From contig JBHGNT010000003.1 of NCBI GenBank assembly GCA_043228905.1, forward strand, positions 25,296,001 to 25,360,000: a DNA stretch of 64,000 nt, read 5' to 3'. The DNA is from Azolla caroliniana. Its lineage: Eukaryota > Plantae > Polypodiophyta. The position numbers were made by a program, and so were the translations under genes. Shown here piece after piece: positions 14,031 to 27,287 of the stretch. Position 1 is the first letter of the stretch, and each line of letters opens with the position of its first letter. Under the pieces are notes generated by a model that saw only the letters and a program-made list of their open reading frames with translations, was not told the origin of the DNA and searched no databases.

Positions 14031-14146
14031 TGAATTAAGAGATATATAAGAAGTATATAATAGATAGGTGAGGAAGTTGGGTTTCGAAACCACAACGCAA
14101 TGCTTGTAATACTAATAACTTACCACTAGGGTTAAGGTAATTATGA

Positions 14147-14996
14147 TGTCGTGTTGTTATGTGTGCCGCATAGGAAACTAATGCGGGACCACGGGGGCCC
14201 TGAACCAAGGAGTGCGCGAAAGTAGAGAAGGAAGAGAACGGAAGCGATGGATCGGCAAGTACTGGTTGCCGACAAGCACCGTGCTCATCGAGTCAAACGA
14301 GAACACAACTACGCACGAGTTAGATAGAGAAGCGCGCCCGATCGGATACGAAGACGACAACAGATTAGAGAATGTCACAATAAAACAAGGTGACCACTTC
14401 CCAAGAGGAATCGATTACGACTAACAAGTGATTACAACCTTTTTGATATTACAAACGACACGCCGGTGACCAACCAAACACACGCACACACACACATACA
14501 ACCGAGTTACGCAGTGGAGCCTCTGTCGTTTCTGATATTACAAACGGCACGCCAGTGACCAACCAAACACACACACACACACACATACAACCGAGTTACG
14601 CAGTGGAGCCTCTACTAGAAGCACTTGGGTTTTCCTTGTGAGTAGAGGCAACTGACCAAAATCCTGCAGAGATCACATAGAAACAGTGTTCAGTACCCAG
14701 TCCGACAACACCTCCCCCTTTCTCCCAAAACGCGATACCCGCCAGTCTTTCTCTTGTGCCCCTTATAGGCCGGCAAGGGAGGAGTGTCACATCTCCCGTC
14801 ACATCATCCTTATTCTCTGTCCCTTCGAGCAGAGATATGCTTCGATTTCCAAGATATGTTCTATCTAATCTATTTACATCGCGTTGACCTATTCTTAGTT
14901 ATGTACAAGTTATTTTAATTCCGTGCGCTTATGTGTACGCGCCGGTTCATGCGCTCTAATCCTTGATTCCCTTTATGGCCGGTTTTCTTCATGACA
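14147..14996 (-). repeat. Element A 3' LTR (contains an internal ~88-bp duplication at ~14444-14622)
   Basis: Matches 39020-39774; bordered by PPT GGTGGGGGTGGA on minus. Confidence 0.9.
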
Positions 14997-16740
14997 TCCA
15001 CCCCCACCAAACCGCGCAACCACCGGCATGCACCAAAAAGAGATGAATATCGGGAAAAACCGGCCCGTGTTCACTCGTCGCTCTCCGATTCGCCGTCCGC
15101 TCTTGCCCGTCGTCACCGTCATCCGCGCTCCTTGGGTCTAGTTCATCTTGGTGTCGTTTCTTGAACGCCTTGATCCTCTTCCTGGCTATTGGTATTGCTA
15201 TCTGCGTTCCGTCAAGTTCCGCAAGGTGGTAGGTGTCGTTGTTGTTTGCGCTCGTTACGATGTAGGGCCCGAACCACCTTCTCGCGAACTTACGCGTCGC
15301 CTTGTGCTGGTTGTCAAGGCTGATATCGTAAACCAACACCTAGTCGCCTTCCTCGATCTTCCTCAGTCGTAGCTGGTGCATTCGATCGAACCGGCCTTTA
15401 TTCTTCGCTCTTGTCGCGTGCAGCTCCGCCTTCGCCTGATCCACATCCTCCTTTCTTCACTTGAGTTATCGAATCTGCGTCGCCAACAACTCTTCCCGGC
15501 TCATCCCGTCTCTCCAATGCACCACAACCCATGAGGAGATCATCCGCTCCATCGGCATGATCGGCTTTTGCCCCTACATCAGCTCTACCGGCATGAACCC
15601 GATTACCGAATTGTGCGTAGTTCGGTCCGCCCATAGCGCATAAGGTAAGAGTCGCGGCCAATTCCCGACTTGTCCTTCGCACACTCGTACTAACGCCTTT
15701 CCATTTGCCCCACCTTTCCATTTGCCTCCGGATTGTACGTCGTAGTGAGAGAGAGCTTAACCCCTAACCGACCGAACAACTCTTCGCCTTCCTGCGCGTC
15801 CAGCTTTCCCCAGTCAGCCACGATTTTCCCTACGCACCCGTACCGGCATATCACCTCCTCGATTAGGAGCCGACACACAACCTTAGTTGTCTTGTTTTGC
15901 AGTGCACGACCCTCCACTTGATTTGTCAGGTCCTCTCGTGCAAGCACCAGGTACCGCATCTACCCTACCCCCATCGACATCGTCACTAAATCCACCATCC
16001 ATTTGAAATGGACGGCCGACGGGTAGGTCGGGCACAACTCATCCCGATCTCGGATCGCGGAATGCATCTGACAGCTCTCGCAAGTCGTCACGAACTGATG
16101 CACGTCCCGGTAAATTCCCGGCCACCAATACTTCTCCTTTAGCTTCTCGAATGTGGCCCACGTATGTCCGGCCCAAGGACTCTCGTGATACGCCGCTGGC
16201 AACGCCTCCTACTCCTCCCCTCTTGCCACCACGTGGCGTGCAATACCGTCTCATTTCTTCAGATGCTTCCATATACTCCCGTTATGTAGAAAATACTGGT
16301 ACGCCTTTTTCCGAATCAGGTTTGCCTCGTCCTTCATCCATGCTGCGTCCGCCGTCATTGTCCTCAAGAACCTACCCATCTGGAGCCACTCCCTGTCGTA
16401 CTCATCCTCGTTAAATTCGTTAAGTGCCAAAGTGCTTCCCTTCCTTACCATTATGCGAGCCGACTCGAAGAAGTCTATGCTGACTTCTTCGTCCTCTAAA
16501 ACCACGTCATCCTCGTCATCGAACCGTGCTCTCGAAAGCATGTCGCCCACGACATTGTCCTTCTTGGAGATGTGTTGTATCTCCGGATTTAGGGACTTAA
16601 TGTATGCGATCCACCTGAGCATTGTTAGGTCCGGCGTCGCACATCCGGAAACCATATCGAGGATCAATAGGCAGTCCGTCTCGATTATAACCTCTATTTC
16701 TCGATCAAATAGTCTTTGTGGCCTTGACTACCGAAACAAT
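14989..16740 (-). pseudogene. Element A RNase H C-terminus and integrase, degenerate
   Basis: RWIAYIKSLNPEI..NVVGDMLSR; HESPWAGH..KYWWP..CESCQ; YLVLAREDLTNQVEGRAL..KIVAD..YNPEANGKV; RWFGPY. Confidence 0.85.
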
Positions 16741-19700
16741 TGTTGTATGTTTTAGGGCTAGGGTTAAGGACGATGATAATCATGATAAAGATATACATTG
16801 TGGTTATGATGATGATGGAGAGTATGGGATTGATGGCGAGAGAGATCATGTGCATTGAGAAGCATTGCGGGGTGGGGGGTGCTGCCTAGAATGGCTCCAC
16901 CCCCCTCCCAAGGGGGTTCAACGTTAAGGGGAGGGAAGAGAGAGAGAGAGATGAAAAGAGAGATAGATAGAGAGAAATGATTCATTTTTCATTCATTCCC
17001 CATAAGGGGGTTAAATAGTACAAGAGGGGGTAGATACAAAGGGGTGTAAGCCCCCTAGAGCATTCATACTGGACACTCACTCATACCTCCTTGTATCCAT
17101 CCACATGCACACACGTGTGCATGTATTCACATATGTATTGACTCACAATTACATTTATGCCCCCTACACATACACAACATTATGATAACATTCGACCCTC
17201 GCTCATCACACTTGACTCTCCGTACATCTCGTACGAGGTAACACAATATGGCACGCCCGTGGGAAAGTGCCTTGCACGTCGATCCCACATGCCTTGATGA
17301 TGATATTTCTTTGACCGGAACTTCCATCGGTCCTTTCAACGATCGACTCCCTCGATCGGAATGCTTGACTCAAACACATTTGTCGGTCAGCAAATCTTCT
17401 GCGACACGAACATTCTCGTTCTGTCGACTTATGAACTTCGTAAAATCATTTGGGTCGTCAAAAATATGTTGTATGTATGTGTGTTCTTCCTTTATTTTGA
17501 GTTGTGTATGGTCGATCACGTCCATTTCTTTAGGTGGATGAGTTTTCAAAATTTTGTATGTGCCCTTTGATTTTTAAATTAAAAATTAAAAATTTTTATT
17601 TTATTTTTTCAATGCCATCATGTTTTTCGAAATTCTTCGAATGCCCTCAAGTTTTCAAAACTCCTCGAATGCCCCTTATCGTTCTCTTTTTCCCTCTTTT
17701 TTTCCGTTTTTGTCTTTTTCTTTTTCTTGCCTCTTCTTCCTCTTTCTTTCTGTTTTCTTTTCCCGCTTCTCTACTTGCCTTCCTGTCTCTCCTCTCTTCT
17801 TCTGTTGTTCTTCTGTATTTGTCTTCCTCTTCCTTGCTCATTTTTCTCCATCCTCTGTCTTAAGCCTTCTCTGCCTTCTCTTCTATACTCTCTACTTTCT
17901 TCTCTGTGTGTTCTAGTTCCTTCTCTCATTCCATGGTCTCTTCGTCACTATCTCCATTTCTTTGTCTCTGTCGTCTACCGGCCACTCGTGACCGTTGGTT
18001 GTCGCCGCTCCTCTATCTGTCGCCGATACTATCCGGCCCGTTGTTTTGGCGTCAGTTGTCCAGCCTTTCTGGGCACATTTCAACCACTCTAGCCATTCCG
18101 GCTGCATTTCGGCCATTTCTGTGCATTTCAGCCGCATCGACCGCAACCGGCTCCTTTCCGGTGGCTGCCCTTGTTTTGCCGTCATCATTGTTGTTCCGAC
18201 CGCTCTTTGATTGCTTGTCCTTCTGGTCCTGCATCCGCGGTTGTCTCCATCTCCTTCCGACCGGTTGTCGTCTCTGTCCATTTATGCCTCGTTTGTTGTT
18301 GTGTGTGTCTGTTTGGCCCTTCGTTTCAGCGTCATCTCCGATCCGGTCGTCGATTGTTCAGCCACCGCCATCGCTCTGGCCGGTTCCGTCTCTGTCCGGG
18401 CCTATCTGGCCACTCCGGCCATTGGTTGGCTATTCCGGTCGCTTTGGCCGCTCCTCGGCTCTCGGTTGCTCCGGCTGCCTCCGTTGCGGACTCCATCACC
18501 GTCTCTGTCGGTTTCGTCGTCGTCCGACACCGTCCGTCATCCTGGCGGCCTGTTTGCTTCCCTGACCTTGTCCGGCCCTCCGGCCGCTCCGGCTGCTGTC
18601 GGTTGGTGATGACCGTTCCTGAAGCCTCTCTCATCTTTGTCGGCCCTGTCCGGCCGGTCTGTTCAGTCGTCATCCGAATGTCAGCCGTTGATATCTGACG
18701 GTTGTCTCTTCGTTCGTCGCTTTTCGACGTCACTGTTGCTGTTTCGGCTCTGTCTACTCTGACGGCCGCCCGGCCATTACGGCCGCTTCGGTGCCAACTA
18801 ACTCTTGTTCTGGTTCCAACTTTTTCCGCGTTGCTTCTCTAGAAACTGGAAACTGTGAACATGTCCCATTCCGGTACCGCACATCTTGCTGGCCCACGCT
18901 CCACACATTGTGTCTTCCTCCGCAGTCTCCTTGGAACACGCACACGTTGCTGCTAACCGCACATTTGCACATTGTCATTTCCATTCTCGGACACTCATGT
19001 AACGCCATCCTTTTGCAACTTGTTTTGCAACTTCCACTCATGCATTGACACCGTTTTTGTACATCTTGGCCAACATTTCTCGGACATTTAGGGCAAAAAC
19101 AGACCACACAAAACATTCACATATAGAGATTAATTTGTTGTAGAATTGTGCAGCAATCAATCTTGTCAATCTTCCATTTCTGATTTCTTCCGCCTTTTGC
19201 TGCATATCGCCATCATTACCCGGACATCTCTTACATATCATCATCACTATGCCTCACATTGTCGCGTATCATTCTTCAACTCCGTCTCCAAAGGGGGATC
19301 CCATCATGGTCGCCAAAAGGTGTTGTATGTTTTAGGGCTAGGGTTAAGGACGATGATAATCATGATAAAGATATACATTGTGGTTATGATGATGATGGAG
19401 AGTATGGGATTGATGGCGAGAGAGATCATGTGCATTGAGAAGCATTGCGGGGTGGGGGGTGCTGCCTAGAATGGCTCCACCCCCCTCCCAAGGGGGTTCA
19501 ACGTTAAGGGGAGGGAAGAGAGAGAGAGAGATGAAAAGAGAGATAGATAGAGAGAAATGATTCATTTTTCATTCATTCCCCATAAGGGGGTTAAATAGTA
19601 CAAGAGGGGGTAGATACAAAGGGGTGTAAGCCCCCTAGAGCATTCATACTGGACACTCACTCATACCTCCTTGTATCCATCCACATGCACACACGTGTGC

Positions 19701-22403
19701 ATGTATTCACATATGTATTGACTCACAATTACATTTATGCCCCCTACACATACACAACATTATGATAACATTCGACCCTCGCTCATCACACTTGACTCTC
19801 CGTACATCTCGTACGAGGTAACACAATATGGCACGCCCGTGGGAAAGTGCCTTGCACGTCGATCCCACATGCCTTGATGATGATATTTCTTTGACCGGAA
19901 CTTCCATCGGTCCTTTCAACGATCGACTCCCTCGATCGGAATGCTTGACTCAAACACATTTGTCGGTCAGCAAATCTTCTGCGACACGAACATTCTCGTT
20001 CTGTCGACTTATGAACTTCGTAAAATCATTTGGGTCGTCAAAAATATGTTGTATGTATGTGTGTTCTTCCTTTATTTTGAGTTGTGTATGGTCGATCACG
20101 TCCATTTCTTTAGGTGGATGAGTTTTCAAAATTTTGTATGTGCCCTTTGATTTTTAAATTAAAAATTAAAAATTTTTATTTTATTTTTTCAATGCCATCA
20201 TGTTTTTCGAAATTCTTCGAATGCCCTCAAGTTTTCAAAACTCCTCGAATGCCCCTTATCGTTCTCTTTTTCCCTCTTTTTTTCCGTTTTTGTCTTTTTC
20301 TTTTTCTTGCCTCTTCTTCCTCTTTCTTTCTGTTTTCTTTTCCCGCTTCTCTACTTGCCTTCCTGTCTCTCCTCTCTTCTTCTGTTGTTCTTCTGTATTT
20401 GTCTTCCTCTTCCTTGCTCATTTTTCTCCATCCTCTGTCTTAAGCCTTCTCTGCCTTCTCTTCTATACTCTCTACTTTCTTCTCTGTGTGTTCTAGTTCC
20501 TTCTCTCATTCCATGGTCTCTTCGTCACTATCTCCATTTCTTTGTCTCTGTCGTCTACCGGCCACTCGTGACCGTTGGTTGTCGCCGCTCCTCTATCTGT
20601 CGCCGATACTATCCGGCCCGTTGTTTTGGCGTCAGTTGTCCAGCCTTTCTGGGCACATTTCAACCACTCTAGCCATTCCGGCTGCATTTCGGCCATTTCT
20701 GTGCATTTCAGCCGCATCGACCGCAACCGGCTCCTTTCCGGTGGCTGCCCTTGTTTTGCCGTCATCATTGTTGTTCCGACCGCTCTTTGATTGCTTGTCC
20801 TTCTGGTCCTGCATCCGCGGTTGTCTCCATCTCCTTCCGACCGGTTGTCGTCTCTGTCCATTTATGCCTCGTTTGTTGTTGTGTGTGTCTGTTTGGCCCT
20901 TCGTTTCAGCGTCATCTCCGATCCGGTCGTCGATTGTTCAGCCACCGCCATCGCTCTGGCCGGTTCCGTCTCTGTCCGGGCCTATCTGGCCACTCCGGCC
21001 ATTGGTTGGCTATTCCGGTCGCTTTGGCCGCTCCTCGGCTCTCGGTTGCTCCGGCTGCCTCCGTTGCGGACTCCATCACCGTCTCTGTCGGTTTCGTCGT
21101 CGTCCGACACCGTCCGTCATCCTGGCGGCCTGTTTGCTTCCCTGACCTTGTCCGGCCCTCCGGCCGCTCCGGCTGCTGTCGGTTGGTGATGACCGTTCCT
21201 GAAGCCTCTCTCATCTTTGTCGGCCCTGTCCGGCCGGTCTGTTCAGTCGTCATCCGAATGTCAGCCGTTGATATCTGACGGTTGTCTCTTCGTTCGTCGC
21301 TTTTCGACGTCACTGTTGCTGTTTCGGCTCTGTCTACTCTGACGGCCGCCCGGCCATTACGGCCGCTTCGGTGCCAACTAACTCTTGTTCTGGTTCCAAC
21401 TTTTTCCGCGTTGCTTCTCTAGAAACTGGAAACTGTGAACATGTCCCATTCCGGTACCGCACATCTTGCTGGCCCACGCTCCACACATTGTGTCTTCCTC
21501 CGCAGTCTCCTTGGAACACGCACACGTTGCTGCTAACCGCACATTTGCACATTGTCATTTCCATTCTCGGACACTCATGTAACGCCATCCTTTTGCAACT
21601 TGTTTTGCAACTTCCACTCATGCATTGACACCGTTTTTGTACATCTTGGCCAACATTTCTCGGACATTTAGGGCAAAAACAGACCACACAAAACATTCAC
21701 ATATAGAGATTAATTTGTTGTAGAATTGTGCAGCAATCAATCTTGTCAATCTTCCATTTCTGATTTCTTCCGCCTTTTGCTGCATATCGCCATCATTACC
21801 CGGACATCTCTTACATATCATCATCACTATGCCTCACATTGTCGCGTATCATTCTTCAACTCCGTCTCCAAAGGGGGATCCCATCATGGTCGCCAAAAGG
21901 TGTTGTATGTTTTAGGGCTAGGGTTAAGGACGATGATAATCATGATAAAGATATACATTGTGGTTATGATGATGATGGAGAGTATGGGATTGATGGCGAG
22001 AGAGATCATGTGCATTGAGAAGCATTGCGGGGTGGGGGGTGCTGCCTAGAATGGCTCCACCCCCCTCCCAAGGGGGTTCAACGTTAAGGGGAGGGAAGAG
22101 AGAGAGAGAGATGAAAAGAGAGATAGATAGAGAGAAATGATTCATTTTTCATTCATTCCCCATAAGGGGGTTAAATAGTACAAGAGGGGGTAGATACAAA
22201 GGGGTGTAAGCCCCCTAGAGCATTCATACTGGACACTCACTCATACCTCCTTGTATCCATCCACATGCACACACGTGTGCATGTATTCACATATGTATTG
22301 ACTCACAATTACATTTATGCCCCCTACACATACACAACATTATGATAACATTCGACCCTCGCTCATCACACTTGACTCTCCGTACATCTCGTACGAGGTA
22401 ACA
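16741..22403 (-). mobile_element. Element C: non-autonomous LTR retroelement in tandem array LTR-I-LTR-I-LTR
   Basis: Three 503-bp LTRs (16741-17243, 19321-19823, 21901-22403; TGTT..AACA); 2580-bp period with apparently identical units; PBS TGGCGACCATGATGGGA on minus (19299-19315, 21879-21895); TATTTAA on minus in the LTR; no gag/pol motifs. Confidence 0.88.
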
Positions 22404-25400
22404 GCGACATTGTCGGTTGTGGATATTTTCTCTAGACCGATTTTCCCTGAAATGACGCAGTCCCGAACGAAGTGATATCGAACGTCGATATGTTTGGAGG
22501 CGTTATGGTGAACCGGATTTTTCGACAAGGCAACAGCACCTTGACTGTCGCTGTAGACAACTGGAGCCGAGTCATGGTCGACTTGTCGAAACGTGTGCGC
22601 CAGCCGACCGAGCCACAAAGCTTCTTTTGCTGCGTCGGACGCAGCTACATATTCTGCTTCGGTCGTTGAGGTCGCTGTGCACTCCTGAAGTTTCGACTTC
22701 CACGAGATTGCTCCATTGCCGAATTTGAAGCAGTATCCGGTTGTAGATTTCCGACTGTCTATACAGCCGGCGAAGTCCGAGTCGGTGTAACCGACTACGC
22801 CTGAGGTTCGGTTCGGACCGAAAAGAATGCCGTGGTCTTTTGTGCCAGCCAGATATCTGAACACATGTTTGACTGCGTTCCAATGCGATCGGCCAGGATT
22901 GTGCATAAATCTGCTAACGACTCCTACGGCGTGAGAAATATCAGGCCGTGTCGCGACCATCAGGTACATAAGGGAGCCGACTGCCGGTGCATACGGTACC
23001 GACTTCATATCTTCCCCCTCCGGACCGGATGTCGGGCAGTCTCGCTGAGAGAGCCGAAGATTCATGGGGAGCGGGGTTGAAGCAGATTTGGCTGATTGCA
23101 TGTTGAAGCGTTCTAAGACACGTCGGGTATAGTCGGTCTGAGACAAAAAAAGATGTCGTTTATCGCGATGCCGACTAATCTTCATGCCAAGGATGTGTCG
23201 TGCCGGACCGAGGTCCTTCATGGCAAACCTCAACCGCAGTTGCCGAATGAGATCGGCAAGGTCGCCCGCGTGGCGTCCAGAAATTAGCATGTCGTCCACG
23301 TAAATGATGAGGAAGATGGGTGATCCATCTTGAGCTGTGTTGGTGAAGAGACAATGGTCCTCATCGCTTTTTGAGAAGCCGATCGATTGGATGAAGTCGT
23401 CGAACTTCTTGTACCATTGTCGCGGTGCCTGTTTGAGGCCGTATAGACTCTTCCTGAGTCGGCAGACTAGATGTTCTTGGCCAGTCGCCACGAAGCCTTT
23501 TGGCTGCTCCATATAAATTTCCTCGTCAAGATCACCATGGAGGAAGGCTGTTTTGACATCTAGCTGAATCAGCTCCAAGTTGTCGGCTGCCACTACGCCG
23601 AGTAGGAAACGAAGGGTTGTCATTTTCACCACTGGTGAAAAAATCTCGTCGAAGTCGACGCCATATTCTTGTTGGATGCCCTTCGCAACTAATCTGGCCT
23701 TGTACTTTGGGGTGGTCGAATCAGACGTCTCTTTTAGTCGATAAACCCACTTGCAAGGAAGAGCACGTCGGTTCCTGGGTAATTCAACCAGATCCCAAGT
23801 CTTGTTTGCCCGAATGGAGTGCATTTCCGACTCCATCGCCAGATGCCAGGTGGCTGAATCGACAGATGTCGATGCTTCTTCGTAAGACGTCGGTTCGCCG
23901 GCGTCGGTGAAGAAAATTCCAGGAGAATACCTCTCCGGAGGTTGCGATAGTCTCTCGGATCGTCGAGGTAAGATTGGACTGGTCGCATCGGGTATCGAGG
24001 TCGGATGGTCCGAAAGCGAATCATTCGGCTGTGCCGAGTCGGAGTTGTCCGAGTCGGTAGTGTAAGGTTCAGCTACCCGTGAAGCTGACCGTGTGTTAAG
24101 AGCGGGGCCTTCTTGAAGGGTCGGCACATCGGAAAATGTTACCCTTCGGACTTCGATCGGTTTTTCGACTGATGGATTCATAGCCGACTCGTTGAACACA
24201 ACGTCCGAACTTCGAACGATTTGTCTGCGTTCGGGGTCCCAGAGTCGGTATCCCATTTCGCCGTCGGATCCATATCCAAGGAAAATGCATTTCCTGGACC
24301 GAGGTGCAAGTTTTCGGCGATCATCTTTCGGAATAAGGACGTACGCCTCGCATCCGAAGATCCTCAGCTTGTCGTAATTCGGCTTACTGCCGATCCATAG
24401 TTCCTGAGGAATTTGAAGTCCTAGAGGTCTACTTGGCGACATATTGATTATGTGTACTGCCGTGAGTAGAGCCTCGGCCCAGAAGCCATCCGACAGTCCG
24501 GAGTGTTGGAGCATGGAAACTATCCGTTCTTGGATTGTCCGATTCATGCGTTCGGCAATCCCGTTTTGCTCCGGACTGTGTGGTGCCGTAAATTCACGTC
24601 GGATGCCGCGTTGTCGGCAGAATTTGACGAATTCTTCGGATTTGAACTCTCCCCCATTGTCTGTCCGAAAGCATTTCAGCTTTCGGTCGGTTTGATTTTC
24701 CACCATAGCGAGCCAATCGGTGAAGATCGAGAAGACCCGATCTTTGGTGCGAATTGGATAAGCCCACACCTTTCGAGTCGAATCGTCAATAAAAGTGACG
24801 AAGTAAGAGGCACCGCCGAGAGACTGATGCGGCATTGGGCCACAGACGTCCGAGTGGACCAAATCAAGAGGTCTCGTTTCTCTTGGTGCTGATGTCGGGT
24901 GTGATGCGGCTGCTTGTTTGCCATACTGGCAATGCTCGCAGAATTGATGGTCCGAGAAGGAGAGGTTGGGGATGTATCCGGCTCTAGATAGGTGCGTGAT
25001 GCCGGCCTTGCTGAGGTGTCCTAATCTTCGGTGCCATAGTGATGACACAGGAATATCCACCAAAAACAGGTTACCCTCTCTGAGCGTAACATGTAACGGA
25101 TACAGTGAGTGTATCTTGGGTCCTCTAGCAAGCAGGAGGTTCCCCCTGTGGAGTGTCCACCCTCCCGAAGAAAAACCGGCACGAATGCCGTCTTCATCTA
25201 GTTGTCCGACTGAGATCAATGGCCTTGAGAGCTCGGGTACATGTCGGACATTGTGGAGTACAAGTGTAGAGCCACCGGCAAGGTTGAGCTCTACTGTGCC
25301 GATTCCGATGATGTCACAGTGTTGTGAGTTGCCGACTCGAACTGAGTCGGAGTGACGGATCGTATATTGCCGAAATTGGGATCGATGAGGAGTCACGTGA

Positions 25401-26386
25401 AATGACGCGCCCGAATCTAAGAGCCATGTGCTCGATTCTTCAGTCGTGAGCAGAACTTCTGATCCGACTGGATTTTCGATTGATAGTATATTCGGGTCGT
25501 TTAGTAGCACATCAGCTGAGGAGCTGACGTAATTGATCTCCTCATGCCGGCCACTCTTCTTGTTGTTCTTGTTCTTGAGTGCGCGGCAGTCGACTTTGAT
25601 GTGTCCGGGTTTCTTGCAATAGTTGCAGATTCGGTTATCCCGTGACTGGCTCCGTCTTCGCTGATTGTTCGGCGGCCGTGAGGAATCTCTTCCTCGTATG
25701 TTCGATCGGTCTGTCGAACCTTGTACTACGTAAGCGTCGTCTGTTGAGTCTTTGGCGAAAGACTTTCTCCGAGCTGCTTCGGTCAGGATTGCGCTCGTGA
25801 CTTCGGAGTATTTAACAGCCGTGGTTGACGCGTTGCACACGGTTGTGACGAAAGTTTCCCATGATGAGGGAAGGCTGCTCATGAGTATCATTGCTCTGAG
25901 TTCATCCTCGATTGCCGTCCCCTGTGACGAGATTTGGGAGCTTATGCTTTCGTACTCATTTAGGTGTGCTTGAACCGAATCGGATTCTTTCATCCGCAAG
26001 TTGTAGAGGCGCCGGATCAGAAACATCTTCGTTGCGGCGACCTTCTTTTCGTAAGTGTCCGACAGTGTTTTCCACAGTTCGAATGCTGTCGTACACGATT
26101 GCACCGTAAAGTATACCGATTCCGATAGGTGCATCCGAATCGTGGCGCGGACGATTCTGTCCAGCTTCTGCCACTCAATTGGTTTGTATCCTTCTGGAGG
26201 TTCTTCATTTTCGATGGGATCGATTTGCCCCTTGACTATGAGATAGTCCTGCATTTGTTCCTTCCAGAAGTTGAAGTTCGATCCATCGAACTTTCGTAGA
26301 CTCATTTCTGACGAGCCGGATGTTGATGCCATCAAATTCGGTTTCGGTTGACGAAGCTCGGTTCGGAGTGCAGCCGGTTGGCTCAC
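22404..26386 (-). CDS. Element B Ty1/Copia gag-pol polyprotein (Tnt1/Tork-like), cut within RNase H; the C-terminus lies at 36805-36894 (+)
   Basis: CNYCKKPGHIKVDC; WLLDSGAS; WHRRLGH..CEHC; HSDVCGP..RTDNGGEF..AERMNRT; YKARLVAKG..YVDDML; YTDSDFAG..KHIDVRYHF. Confidence 0.95.
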
Positions 26387-26975
26387 CCGATATCGTTCTA
26401 GTCGGATTTGAACCCGAGTCGGTTCGGCTTCGGAACTTGCTCGAATTGACTCCGGTAACTTGAGGGACAGAACCGACTGGTCTTCCCGAATGTTGCCGAG
26501 TCGGAGTGAGCCCGGTTCGCTTCGGATATATATGCCGAATACCGATTATTGAAACCGATTATCTGGACCGATTCTGCTTCGGGTGGCTGCAGCGACTAGA
26601 GAGACAGATCCAACTGATCCTCCCGAATGTCGATCAGCCGGATGAAGCGCGAATTGGGGTTGTTGTCTTGAGACCGATCTGCACCGAGTGGTTACAACGA
26701 GCGGCGAGCAGCGTTTAATGACCTTTTCGGATGTCGTTTAACCGAGTGGAGCGCGATCGTGTCAATGTTGCACAAGGGGATTTCACCTCGAGCGTTGCGA
26801 TCACAAGGAACGGAGTACAACCGGCTGGCTTACTCCAAGCGAAGAGGATCTAACGCGAGGAGATGCAAGCCTCGTTTTTGTTCTTCTTCTCTCTTTCTTC
26901 GAATGACGCGAATACTGTGCAGGCCGTGATGAAGTGAAGAACCGACTGCTGTGCAGGCGGTGATGACGGCCGACA

Positions 26976-27287
26976 GCGGCTCTGATACCAGATGTTGGTA
27001 GACAAGGGGCCGTCAGTGCGGAAGATCAAGAAGCATTTGATTTTGTTCTGTACCTGCGTATGAGAGCTTGTAGGTCGTTGCACAGAGAGAGAGAGAGAGA
27101 CAGAGAGACAGAGAGGCACAAAAGACTCCTTATTCCATAAAGCAATAATACAACACCCAACCTTACAAAAAGGTTACAAGGTCACTATATATAGTGACCG
27201 ACTTAGGGCAACTACCCTTTATGCTAATTACATAAATGGCCAAAACGGGATAGTGTGAATACGTCCATTATACACATGTATTCGACA
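26976..27287 (-). mobile_element. Element B 5' LTR (26993-27287) and PBS for initiator tRNA-Met, inside the inverted segment
   Basis: TGGTATCAGAGC on minus at 26979-26990; LTR is the reverse complement of 37088-37380; flanked by TSD ATCCC at 27288-27292. Confidence 0.92.

Noticed and set aside
17300-19300. Many overlapping 60-219 aa ORFs in element C internal region (and its copy)
   Set aside because: Low-complexity, stop-poor sequence on both strands; no gag/pol motifs
16741-22403. CRISPR-like array or plain segmental duplication
   Set aside because: Units have TG..CA LTR ends, a PBS and target-site 5-mers; eukaryotic context with no spacer structure
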